Origin: a virus
Length of the DNA stretch: 64,000 nucleotides
Reading direction: 5' to 3' (one strand)
Virus record (IMG/VR): IMGVR_UViG_3300020190_000007
Span: 32,001 to 96,000 of that record
The notes under the pieces are model-generated. The model had not been told where the DNA came from, searched no databases, and was given only the letters and a program-made list of their open reading frames with translations. Position 1 is the stretch's first letter. Every line of letters starts with the position of its first letter. Below, piece after piece: positions 44,043-52,939 of the stretch. A program made the translations under genes and the position numbers.

Positions 44043-46004
44043 TTAATTAAATTGAGGTGGCAAGGTAAAAGATGTGTAATCTAATTGTGAAGGTGTAACC
44101 GTTTGACGCATTTCATTTACCACTGATGGACTTTTATACATTTCCCGAACAACCGCATCCAAAACAGGACCATTTGTTTTAAAGTTATGTTCGTGTTTAT
44201 AATTAACCACTGCGGCCGTTTGATTTGAGTTTTGATTATTGGTATTACCTTTTAATTTATTTTCCAAATCAGATTCACTTACACCCATACTTTTAGCAAC
44301 CAAAGCTTTAGCGGGTGCAACTGCTTCACTAACCATCTTAGAAAATAACTCTTCGTCCGTTTTTTGTAACCCACCTAAACTTGTTTTTTCTTTTAAATTT
44401 TCAGATAACTCTAACCCTTCAATGTATTTGTCAAATTCAGCTAAAGGTTGTCTTATTGTCGCGGCCGCTTGTACCTTAGCAACTGTTAATAATGCACTTA
44501 TGTCTTTTTGCATATTTTGGGTTGCGGTATATTGGTCTCTTGCAATATCTTCAACAGACATATCTTCAAAAGCTTTTTGGTTCTCTAATAAACCTTTTGC
44601 AATTGTTGGACTTAATTCATCTAATGCAACTTTAGTATCCTGCAATCCTAATTCTTTTGCCAAGGATTGAGGGATGTCAATAACCATTCTACCACCCTCC
44701 ATTTTAGAGATGTTGGTTAAGAACTCTTTTTCTTTTTCGTCAATTTGTAGACCTGATGATAACAACGCGGTTGCTGCTGACGACCTTTCCGCAGCTTTGA
44801 TTGCGGTTTTAGACATCTCTTCCATACTCATACCCATTTGGTCCGCTAATGCTTTAGATTTTCTAAGATTAGCTCCTGTGATTTCAAACCTACCTAATTC
44901 AGTATTATATGTGGCTAATGAACCTGCAACACCTATCATAGCATCTTGTAATCCACCAGCATCGTTGGTCGCCATATACATTAATTTTAATGGGTCATTA
45001 AAGTCACCAATAGCGCCTCCTATAGCTTGTAATTCAGCAGATAACGCAATTGCTTGGTCCGGGTCAAAAAGTTTTTCCGCCATTGTTTTAACCTTTTCAA
45101 TATTCATATTAAATTCAATAGACTTCTGAACCATTCTGGTTAATCCCTCAACACCATTTTTAAATCCAATGGTATTTAATTTGTCCATATTAGCACCAAC
45201 ATCCGCCACTACTTTTCTTGCATTTAAACCAAGAGTTAATGAACTTTTACCCGCTTTGTCAATTTCTTTGATTGCATCTTTTGCACCAATACCTATTTTG
45301 TCAAAACTATCTAACGCGGCACCCAATCTATATAAATCACCATAAAATGCTCTTGCTGTTTTTTGAGATTCTTGTAAAACATCTTTACCGAATGTTGTCA
45401 TCTTACCAGTTTGTTCAACCATTTGTACTGAATAATCTTTCACATCCTCAAAACTAAATCCCATGGCGGTTGCGGCTGGTAATGTTTCAAATATATTGTT
45501 TCTAAATTGTCTCGATAATTCACCGGTTAAACCAAGTTCAGAATTAATTTTATTTCTTAATTCCACTTCTTGTTTTTGTATTTTTTCCAATTCTTTACCG
45601 AGAAAAGACACCATTTCACTAGTTCCTTTAACACCTAATTGAACCATAAAATCAGGTAGATTTTTTGATTCTCTCGCTATTTTACCTATTGTTTCAGATA
45701 TGGTGCTAAATTGAAATACAGTATCTTTTTGTAATGATAATGATGAAACAGGATTTGAATACCCTAAGTCCGCAATGTCTTGTGTTTTTAGTAAGTCGGT
45801 TGCATAAGACGCTGTTTTACTACCCGCACCTCCTGTGTTCCCTCCGCTTGATGGTTCTTTTTGGTTATAAAATGACCAATAATCATCTACTTTACCCATT
45901 AAAGAACTATTATTCTGTACTGATTGCAATTTTAAGAACTCGTTTTTGAATTGAGTATAATTTAAACCTGCTCTTAGTTTGGATACCTCTTCATTAATTG
46001 TCAT
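44043..46004 (-). CDS. Tape measure protein
   Basis: Ala/Gly/Leu/Lys-rich helical 653-aa protein (KALADQMGMSMEEM) between the tube/chaperone genes and the tube initiator. Confidence 0.78.
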   Translation of the reverse strand: MTINEEVSKLRAGLNYTQFKNEFLKLQSVQNNSSLMGKVDDYWSFYNQKEPSSGGNTGGAGSKTASYATDLLKTQDIADLGYSNPVSSLSLQKDTVFQFSTISETIGKIARESKNLPDFMVQLGVKGTSEMVSFLGKELEKIQKQEVELRNKINSELGLTGELSRQFRNNIFETLPAATAMGFSFEDVKDYSVQMVEQTGKMTTFGKDVLQESQKTARAFYGDLYRLGAALDSFDKIGIGAKDAIKEIDKAGKSSLTLGLNARKVVADVGANMDKLNTIGFKNGVEGLTRMVQKSIEFNMNIEKVKTMAEKLFDPDQAIALSAELQAIGGAIGDFNDPLKLMYMATNDAGGLQDAMIGVAGSLATYNTELGRFEITGANLRKSKALADQMGMSMEEMSKTAIKAAERSSAATALLSSGLQIDEKEKEFLTNISKMEGGRMVIDIPQSLAKELGLQDTKVALDELSPTIAKGLLENQKAFEDMSVEDIARDQYTATQNMQKDISALLTVAKVQAAATIRQPLAEFDKYIEGLELSENLKEKTSLGGLQKTDEELFSKMVSEAVAPAKALVAKSMGVSESDLENKLKGNTNNQNSNQTAAVVNYKHEHNFKTNGPVLDAVVREMYKSPSVVNEMRQTVTPSQLDYTSFTLPPQFN

Positions 46005-46008
46005 ATCT

Positions 46009-46015
46009 ATAAATA
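46009..46015 (-). promoter_or_regulatory. Putative late promoter motif TATTTAT
   Basis: 4 nt before the tape measure ATG. Confidence 0.55.
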
Positions 46016-46159
46016 TTATTTAGGAGCGTTTTCTAATTCAATAATATACTCCACGTAATATCTACGTATGAAAACGGGCATGGTGATAATATCACCATAA
46101 CTAAAACCTCTTTTGATTAAAAATAAAATTTCATCTAACTGTCCTTTCTTATAAGCCAT
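46016..46159 (-). CDS. T4 gp51-like tail/baseplate assembly chaperone (own ATG at 46159, or frameshift extension of the upstream gene)
   Basis: FSYGDIITMPVFIRRYYVEYI resembles the gp51-type YS..E...M.P.ER..Y pattern; frame is open back to 46198. Confidence 0.62.
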   Translation of the reverse strand: MAYKKGQLDEILFLIKRGFSYGDIITMPVFIRRYYVEYIIELENAPK

Positions 46160-46898
46160 AGAAAGGGCGAAAAAACTCAACCCCGAACCCAATTTCAACT
46201 TGGGTGTCTTCTCCTGACGGGGTTTTTACTGTTTTTGTTAAATCTAATCCTGGTTTATTTTCTTTTACAAATTTTTTGAAATCTTGGGAATCTTTGATTG
46301 GTAATCTTTCCACAAAATTGTGAATATTCATCATATCCTTGTTTCCTGCAACAGATTTAATCATCATTTCTAATTGTTTTGTCACGATAGGTGCAACACC
46401 TTGACCGTTCCAACTTCTTTTTAAATCATCAAGTTCTTTTTCTTGTTTTGGTGTTAAAAATTTAAATGTAATTTGAACTTTTGATTTTTCCATAAAATAT
46501 GGGTATTCACCATTCGAATCGCATTCTAAATTAAAATCTTTGAATTTTAATTCACTCATATCAACAGATACTTCAAATTCCTTTTCGGTTTTAGGGTCTG
46601 TTAAATAGAATTTATATTCAGGACCGAAAGCGGTGTTTCTTAAAAATATTAATACCGCTTGTCTATCTTCTTCAACAATATCTTCAATTTGAATATCTCT
46701 ATCCAAAATTTTTCTTTTTAATAATTCATCTATTACACCATTCGAGGCAATAAGATTTTGAGCTGATAATATATTTTCATCGGCGGCTGTTAAATACGCA
46801 ACCTTGAGTGATTTCTTTTTATTTTGATAGTGTATACCTCTTGAGGGTAGTTCAACAACATCATATGCAATTGTTGGGTCAACTCTAAATTCTTCCAT
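46149..46898 (-). CDS. T4 gp26-like baseplate hub assembly protein / tail assembly chaperone
   Basis: VELPSRG..Y, YLTAADENIL, DRQAVLIFLRNTAFG, PGLDL and terminal FFRP; between tube and tape measure. Confidence 0.75.
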   Translation of the reverse strand: MEEFRVDPTIAYDVVELPSRGIHYQNKKKSLKVAYLTAADENILSAQNLIASNGVIDELLKRKILDRDIQIEDIVEEDRQAVLIFLRNTAFGPEYKFYLTDPKTEKEFEVSVDMSELKFKDFNLECDSNGEYPYFMEKSKVQITFKFLTPKQEKELDDLKRSWNGQGVAPIVTKQLEMMIKSVAGNKDMMNIHNFVERLPIKDSQDFKKFVKENKPGLDLTKTVKTPSGEDTQVEIGFGVEFFRPFYGL

Positions 46899-46947
46899 AT
46901 TTTTTATTTTATAACTAGTATAGTTTACGAAAACTTTTAAAAAAAGT

Positions 46948-46972
46948 AAAGGTCTCCTTTTGAGAGACCTTT
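46948..46972 (-). terminator. Intrinsic terminator after tail tube gene
   Basis: AAAGGTCTC-7nt-GAGACCTTT hairpin with T-rich tail on the minus strand. Confidence 0.78.
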
Positions 46973-46997
46973 TATTGACAGATTTTTTATTATTTGA

Positions 46998-47486
46998 TTA
47001 GTAAACTAAAATACATCTATCCATTCTTAACGAACATGTGATAGATGCAATATCATCTCTTGAATAATCAAGTTCGTTAAAGTTTAAGTCGGTTATGAAA
47101 GAACCTTGAAGTATCCATTTTTCAACCACAACCCCCGTTGGGTCTAACATCTCTAATTCAATATCCTTTTTATAACCAGCTGCGTAACCCATACGACCTG
47201 TTACTGATTCGGCGTGTAGACGGAACCATTCCATCAACGCTTGTGACGCTGAAGGACCAATTGGGTCTTTGAAGGTTACTCTTATTTCACTCCATTCAAA
47301 TCTACCAGCAACATATGTTGAGGTGTTTATAAAAGGAATTGCAACTGAATTTATTTTTGCGCTTGGTCTTGCACTTGATGTTACATACCATTCATTTATT
47401 CCTAATGATGAAGGAAATCTAAGTATGAATCGGTTAACTCTTTTCGGTTCGTAAGGAACCGGCATTTTCATTAATAAATCTGCCAT
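46998..47486 (-). CDS. Tail tube protein (T4 gp19-like)
   Basis: EPKRVNRF, YVAGRFEWSEIRVTFKD, GYAAGYKKDIELEMLDPTGVVVEKWILQG; follows the sheath. Confidence 0.92.
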   Translation of the reverse strand: MADLLMKMPVPYEPKRVNRFILRFPSSLGINEWYVTSSARPSAKINSVAIPFINTSTYVAGRFEWSEIRVTFKDPIGPSASQALMEWFRLHAESVTGRMGYAAGYKKDIELEMLDPTGVVVEKWILQGSFITDLNFNELDYSRDDIASITCSLRMDRCILVY

Positions 47487-47528
47487 GTCAATATTTGTTT
47501 TTTATTTTTTTTATTTTTAATCTTTCTT

Positions 47529-47535
47529 ATAAATA
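47529..47535 (-). promoter_or_regulatory. Putative late promoter motif TATTTAT for the tail tube
   Basis: 42 nt upstream of the tube ATG, downstream of the sheath terminator. Confidence 0.5.
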
Positions 47536-47573
47536 TGTTGTATATGAAAAAACAAAAAAAATCTTCTCAATAC

Positions 47574-47604
47574 TTGATTTTGTGAAAATTATTTCGTATT
47601 TTTT
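47574..47604 (+). promoter_or_regulatory. Putative Bacteroidota-type promoter (TTG-N20-TATTTTTT) directed into the CTAG cluster
   Basis: TTG at 47574-76, 20-nt spacer, one mismatch to TAnnTTTG at 47597-47604; shares TTTCGTAT context with the polymerase promoter. Confidence 0.4.
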
Positions 47605-47608
47605 CCAT

Positions 47609-47727
47609 ACTAGTACTAGATGCTAGTAAATTAAGAACTAGATTAAAGAAACTAGAATAACTAGAAAGAAATAAACTAGATAAAAATAAACTAGAACTAG
47701 AACTAGAATACTGGTGCATATACTGGG
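47609..47727. repeat. Cluster of 10 CTAG boxes (7 as AACTAGA) plus 2 degenerate ACTGG; iteron/origin-like
   Basis: CTAG at 47610, 47616, 47623, 47638, 47652, 47661, 47676, 47691, 47697 and 47703 in non-coding A-rich DNA. Confidence 0.85.
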
Positions 47728-47786
47728 TAATTTATAATTTTATTTTTTTTATATTTAGTAGTTCCGTAGGTCACACTATATTATAA

Positions 47787-47802
47787 TGTTCCACGTGGAA
47801 CA
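47787..47802. promoter_or_regulatory. parS: parS-type centromere palindrome TGTTCCACGTGGAACA
   Basis: Exact 16-bp palindrome (18 bp with the flanking A/T) matching the chromosomal ParB/Spo0J binding consensus TGTTNCACGTGNAACA; intergenic. Confidence 0.8.
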
Positions 47803-47809
47803 TAAAATA

Positions 47810-47834
47810 GGGAGGGTTTCCCCTCCCCTTTTTA
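47810..47834. terminator. Bidirectional intrinsic terminator after the sheath gene
   Basis: GGGAGGG-GAAA-CCCTCCC hairpin (GNRA loop on the minus strand) with T-rich tails on both strands. Confidence 0.85.
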
Positions 47835-50690
47835 TTAGATATCATCAAATGATGCTCCTGTTGGTGTAATTATGAACTCAACATCTATGAATTCTAGAGC
47901 TCTTGTTGGTTTGATATAAATCTTACCTCTCAAAGTATTAGAGTCAATGTCTTCTGGGTCGTTGGAAACCGTAACACGGAATTCATATAAACCCCTTTCC
48001 CTTTTAATTGCATCTAATATTGGGTTAACCAATCTCAAGAATTCATTACGAACTTGTTCGTCATTTTGTTCGAATAACAATCTTACCGCTACTGCCGAAA
48101 TTAATTTTCTAGCCCTTAACAATAATCTTCTTACGTTAATTCTATCCAACGCCGATTCACGAATTTGAAGGGTTTTGTTACCCCATATAATTGTGCCGGT
48201 ATCTGCGTATGTTGCTATTGGGTTAATTCTAGCTTTGTATAGGTCATCTCTTTCATCTAAAGTTAATTTCTTAACCGCTTTAATTGAATTTACTAATCCT
48301 CTTGAATAACCCGCTACCGCAAACCAAGGGAAAGATACGTTATCGGTTAACGCAATATTTCTTAAAACTTCACCAGTTGGTGGTAGATATATTTGTACGG
48401 CGTTGTCTACGTCTCTAACTTGAATCCAAGGCCAATAAACAGCTGAATAATTACTATCAATCGACACACCGTCCAAAGCGTCTATTACTTCATCCGCAGT
48501 ACTGTAGTTTGGTGGTGAAATTACGTAAAGAGAATCCGCTCTATCGTCTTCAATCATATCAATTGCATATGACGTTAAAGAACTATTGTCATAGAAGTTA
48601 ATACCCGGTGTTGCAAAAATGTTTATATCAACTGATTCAGGATTTGAGAAGGTGTCAATACCTTGGGCGTAAGCGTAGTAATCAGAGTTTCCCGATACCG
48701 TGCTAAACACGCCTCCATTATTGGTATTACCACTTGTGTAAGTGTTTTTACCAAAGATGAATCCATCACCGTAGGTTCTCACATTTCTATAGATATCCCA
48801 ACCATCAAATCCTCCAGCAGCGGTAAAAGTGAACTTACGATAATTGATGTTTGTCAATACGTTACTAACTCCACCTGTTTGACCCTCTAAATCATACGAT
48901 GTAGTTAAGAAAGTTGTTCCTGTGATTGTAGACGCGTTTGTTGATAAGTGGAAACCCTTAGTCGTACCAGCCGCTGAAGTTCCTTTGAATTTAAATAAGT
49001 CCCTATCGTATGTTACTTTATTGGTTGGACTTGATAAACCAAAGTATGTTTTTCTCACTTTATCACCTGAAGATAAAACCGGTGTTCCATCTGCGAGATA
49101 AGATTCGGTATCACCAGCATTAAAGAATGTAGTTTTGTAAATCACAGAACCCAAAGTGTCTGAACCGAAAGTACTGTTATTCGGGAATCCTTTAAATCCG
49201 GCGGGATATGCGTCAACGGGGTGATTATCAGACATTAACAGCATAATGTATTTTGAACGTATTTCATATTCACCATCGGATGTACCAACCTTTTTAGCCA
49301 CATAATTAGGTAAATCTGGATTCATACTACATCTACTAAATTTTTCAAGTACGACAATATTATTGTCTGTATCGTTAAAATCTCTAACAATTAAGTCAAA
49401 GTCACCCGTGTCTATATTGATATTAATAATAGAAATTTTTACCTCAAAGTTCGCTGCGTCCCCGTCTGATATTGTAATTACATCAAATAAATCATTGACT
49501 TCACCACCTCTTACTTCAGAAACAACAGTTGGTGATATTGGAGTATCATAAGACGTTTTAAAGTCATTACCAACAGTTTCATAAGATTCTGTTAAGCTTA
49601 AACCTCTAATATATCCTTCTTCATAAGCTCTTAACAAATAATTTGGATAAGCTTCAAATACATAAATAGGAACGTCACCTTTTAATTTGTCATAAACATC
49701 TGTACCAAATACTTTTGTTACATATTTTGATGACGACGCATCCATACTACAAGTAAATGATTTTGCTCCGCTCGTTGAACCTGTAATATTCACTGTAAAT
49801 TCAGCTAAAGGATTTGTAGTAATTCCTGAACCTGTCACAATGAAATTAGCATTCCCCGTGGACTCTAAGTTTAAAGTTTGTTGGCTGTAAGAGCCTCTTG
49901 GTCTGAACGCTAAAACAACCTGATTATTATATGCCGTATTGAGTGTTGCGTTGTAGGTGAACTTAGTCACATCAAATCTACTTGCACCACTGTTGTATAC
50001 AAATAAGTAAGAATACACTTCAGAACCCGCGGAATTTACTAAAACATTATACCATTCCTTATTGTTATTATTATTTGCGTTATTTAAACCTGTTAGAGGA
50101 GAAAGTTCTTCAAGTGATGCGGTTTGACCAGAGGTTTGTGAAGTTGGTACTTCACCCATAACAAACCACTCTCCATGATTAGATGATGTGTTACCACTAA
50201 AGTTTGCCACAATATAATCTGTAATATAATTTCCATCTACAGATATTTTATCTGATAGTTCACTATAAATCGTACTTGCCGTGATTGTTGTGGTCTGTGC
50301 TGACATTGTTAAACCCGTGGTTGTACCACTAAGCGATTCCAATATAACACCAGCAATTGTCTTAACCCCGTAAGTTTTAACAGGTAAGTAACCCGTTAAA
50401 CCCAATATTTTTGTTACAAATAATTGGTTTGATTCTTCTAAATAAGATTTTGCAAAATAAGGTAATTCATATTTTGGGTTATTGTTGTTGTCTTTTAAGG
50501 GACTTGTTCCTCCAAAATATGACTTGAATTCGTCAAAATTAGTTATTAATAAAGGTTCAAAAGCGGGACCCTTTAAGGTTTCACCCACCAAACCTAATGT
50601 GCTGACACCAACACTTTGTGCCACGAATGTTAAGTCTTTTTCGGATGTGTATACACCCGGAGATACAAAAACTCTATTTGAATTTGCCAT
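47835..50690 (-). CDS. Tail sheath protein (T4 gp18-like)
   Basis: VSPGVYTSEKD N-terminus; YSAVYWPW, PWFAVAGYSRG, RDDLYKARINPI, WGNKTLQ...SALDRINVRRL, FEQND and PTRALEFI C-terminal motifs. Confidence 0.96.
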   Translation of the reverse strand: MANSNRVFVSPGVYTSEKDLTFVAQSVGVSTLGLVGETLKGPAFEPLLITNFDEFKSYFGGTSPLKDNNNNPKYELPYFAKSYLEESNQLFVTKILGLTGYLPVKTYGVKTIAGVILESLSGTTTGLTMSAQTTTITASTIYSELSDKISVDGNYITDYIVANFSGNTSSNHGEWFVMGEVPTSQTSGQTASLEELSPLTGLNNANNNNNKEWYNVLVNSAGSEVYSYLFVYNSGASRFDVTKFTYNATLNTAYNNQVVLAFRPRGSYSQQTLNLESTGNANFIVTGSGITTNPLAEFTVNITGSTSGAKSFTCSMDASSSKYVTKVFGTDVYDKLKGDVPIYVFEAYPNYLLRAYEEGYIRGLSLTESYETVGNDFKTSYDTPISPTVVSEVRGGEVNDLFDVITISDGDAANFEVKISIININIDTGDFDLIVRDFNDTDNNIVVLEKFSRCSMNPDLPNYVAKKVGTSDGEYEIRSKYIMLLMSDNHPVDAYPAGFKGFPNNSTFGSDTLGSVIYKTTFFNAGDTESYLADGTPVLSSGDKVRKTYFGLSSPTNKVTYDRDLFKFKGTSAAGTTKGFHLSTNASTITGTTFLTTSYDLEGQTGGVSNVLTNINYRKFTFTAAGGFDGWDIYRNVRTYGDGFIFGKNTYTSGNTNNGGVFSTVSGNSDYYAYAQGIDTFSNPESVDINIFATPGINFYDNSSLTSYAIDMIEDDRADSLYVISPPNYSTADEVIDALDGVSIDSNYSAVYWPWIQVRDVDNAVQIYLPPTGEVLRNIALTDNVSFPWFAVAGYSRGLVNSIKAVKKLTLDERDDLYKARINPIATYADTGTIIWGNKTLQIRESALDRINVRRLLLRARKLISAVAVRLLFEQNDEQVRNEFLRLVNPILDAIKRERGLYEFRVTVSNDPEDIDSNTLRGKIYIKPTRALEFIDVEFIITPTGASFDDI

Positions 50691-50729
50691 TTTTAAATTG
50701 TTTGGTTAATTAATTTTATTTCTTTATCA

Positions 50730-50736
50730 ATAAATA
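50730..50736 (-). promoter_or_regulatory. Putative late promoter motif TATTTAT for the sheath
   Basis: 39 nt upstream of the sheath ATG; abuts an ATCTTTG-N7-CAAAGAT inverted repeat. Confidence 0.5.
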
Positions 50737-50827
50737 TCTTTGTTTTTAGCAAAGATTCCCTTGATTTTTTTAAAAATGGTACTTATGGATACTAATTTAT
50801 ACTTTAATATCTATATTTATCTTTATC

Positions 50828-51004
50828 ATGAAAAACTCCTCGAAAAATATAAAGGTTAGTGAAAATCATCATAAAATGTTAAAAGAACATTGCGATAAAA
50901 ATGGATTAAAAATTTACAAGGTTGTTCAAAAATGGATTGATGAGTTTTGTAAAACAGGAAAGGTGAATGATTCACCTAAGAAAAAAGACCTATACGGGGA
51001 TTAA
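50828..51004 (+). CDS. Small ribbon-helix-helix-like DNA-binding protein (58 aa; not in ORF track)
   Basis: MKNSSKNIKVSENHHKMLKEHCDKNGLKIYKVVQKWIDEFCKTGKVNDSPKKKDLYGD: alternating beta strand, helix, G turn, helix; TATTTAT at 50814-50820. Confidence 0.7.
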   Translation: MKNSSKNIKVSENHHKMLKEHCDKNGLKIYKVVQKWIDEFCKTGKVNDSPKKKDLYGD

Positions 51005-51014
51005 TTGAATATTA

Positions 51015-52937
51015 TTAAGCACCATTTGTTGAAGACGGTGTTGGAGTAACAGATGGTGTAGGAGTAACACTTGGAGTAACAGATGGTGTTATCGATGCAC
51101 TTACTGATGGGGTAAGAGAACTTGTTGGGGTCACAGATGGCGTTGGGGATGGTGGGGTGACTAAATCAATTTGCAACGTATCATTATCACCGATACTTTG
51201 AGTTAAAATATATGTTTCAGTGTTCGGTGCATTACCGGTATATCCACTTATTAGGTGACCATTTTCATAAACACGTAGAACATATCCGGTTCCACCAGTA
51301 ATCGAGACAAACAAAAAATCACCAGCAACGCTTGAATTAATAAACGCGTTTTGACTTACCCCATATAAAATAGGAAATTCAAAGTTCCACATAGCCGAAA
51401 AACTACTACCAAAAGATGATATTACAGAACCATTAGTATTAGTATTTGTAAACAATAAATTTCTGAAAGGCGTGGGTGTTGGTGTTAATGTTGGAGTTGG
51501 GGTTGGGGTTAATGATGGAGTTAATGATGGTGTTGGTGTTATTGATGGTGTAATAGAAGGGGTAATTGTTGGTGTAACAGATGGTGTCATGGATGGTGTG
51601 GTAGATGGCGTTATCGACGGTGTGACTGAACTAGTTTGAGTTACAGAAGGTGTAATTGATGGTGTTGGTGTTATCGACGAACTTACTGATGGGGTAATAG
51701 AACTTGTTGGGGTTACTGACGGAGTTAATGATGGTGTTGGCGTTATCGACGAACTTACTGATGGGGTAATAGAACTTGTTGGGGTTACTGACGGAGTTAA
51801 TGATGGTGTTGGTGTCGGTGTTGGAGGTATCGTAAAAGTTGATTGGGTGATTACATCGTACCTATATTTTGTTTTTCCAATTGTATCGACTTCAATGGAA
51901 CCAAAAGTGTTTGTTTGTGTTAAATTACTAAATGTACCATCAATAGTATATTGAGTGGTTCCACTATATTGATTTGATTCAATAAAAATTTTCACTGGTA
52001 TACTTATAGAACTACCAGTAACCGTCGATAACGTATCTGTAAAAGATATTTCAACGGTTTTATCCACTTTTTTAGTTGATGTTGCAGTGTATTGTGCAAT
52101 GATTGAACCACTTGAGTAATTTGATGATATAGTTATTATATTTTCAGATTTATCGATTGATGGTATACTTCTTAAATCAGGTTCAATCATCGTTATACTT
52201 CTATTTACCGCTGGTGAAACTTCGAACTCCTCATCATCAATTAGAAACCCTAACATTGTAAATCCATAATTTTGAACGTAGAATCTTCTACCATCCAAGG
52301 TGTCCATTGGGGTATTATCTTCAATTCTATCTAACACGATTGGAATGTAGTGTCCTTTCACTCGGGTGTATCCCTGACGAGACGAAAACTTTTGTAAAAC
52401 CTTTTGATTGAATTTATTTATGTCTCTAAATTTTGTACAGACAATTGTTACATCAAAACTAATGTCAACCGCAATTGGTTGAGGGATTTTATAGATATCA
52501 GCACCCATTTGGTTTCCATCCCAAGTTGGAACCGAAGCGTAAAAGAAATCTCTTCTATCAGGGATGGTTCTTTGAATTGATGGATTAGTACCTAATTGAA
52601 CTTCAGGTTTTCTTACAACCGCGATAAACGGTAATTTAATATTTCCATCTTCATCACTAAAAGACCAATTATTGGTGTATTCACCCCACCTTTGAATTGT
52701 TAAAATTTTTGGAATCATAGGTATTTGGTCACCATCGGAAATTACTTTGAAATTTTCTTTCACAAATTCCAACATACCTAAATCAAGGTCGTCATGTAAT
52801 ATTGAATCAGGAAGGAATGTGTCAGATTTTATAATTTCTTCTAACAATTCTTTTCTTCTACCCATTATTGCAGGACCATCGGCGTTTTGGTTTGCGCCAT
52901 ATACTTTAATATCTTTTTTTCTTTTTGGTAATCCCAT
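51015..52937 (-). CDS. Tail completion/terminator protein (T4 gp15-like) with C-terminal beta domains and TPS-repeat linkers
   Basis: KLPFIAVVR...[29 protein letters not shown] gp15-like core; lies between neck and sheath genes. Confidence 0.62.
   Translation of the reverse strand: MGLPKRKKDIKVYGANQNADGPAIMGRRKELLEEIIKSDTFLPDSILHDDLDLGMLEFVKENFKVISDGDQIPMIPKILTIQRWGEYTNNWSFSDEDGNIKLPFIAVVRKPEVQLGTNPSIQRTIPDRRDFFYASVPTWDGNQMGADIYKIPQPIAVDISFDVTIVCTKFRDINKFNQKVLQKFSSRQGYTRVKGHYIPIVLDRIEDNTPMDTLDGRRFYVQNYGFTMLGFLIDDEEFEVSPAVNRSITMIEPDLRSIPSIDKSENIITISSNYSSGSIIAQYTATSTKKVDKTVEISFTDTLSTVTGSSISIPVKIFIESNQYSGTTQYTIDGTFSNLTQTNTFGSIEVDTIGKTKYRYDVITQSTFTIPPTPTPTPSLTPSVTPTSSITPSVSSSITPTPSLTPSVTPTSSITPSVSSSITPTPSITPSVTQTSSVTPSITPSTTPSMTPSVTPTITPSITPSITPTPSLTPSLTPTPTPTLTPTPTPFRNLLFTNTNTNGSVISSFGSSFSAMWNFEFPILYGVSQNAFINSSVAGDFLFVSITGGTGYVLRVYENGHLISGYTGNAPNTETYILTQSIGDNDTLQIDLVTPPSPTPSVTPTSSLTPSVSASITPSVTPSVTPTPSVTPTPSSTNGA
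51657..51812 (-). repeat. 72-bp tandem duplication within the TPS-rich linker
   Basis: 51670-51740 is identical to 51742-51812; encodes [24 protein letters not shown] twice. Confidence 0.85.
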
Positions 52938-52939
52938 AA

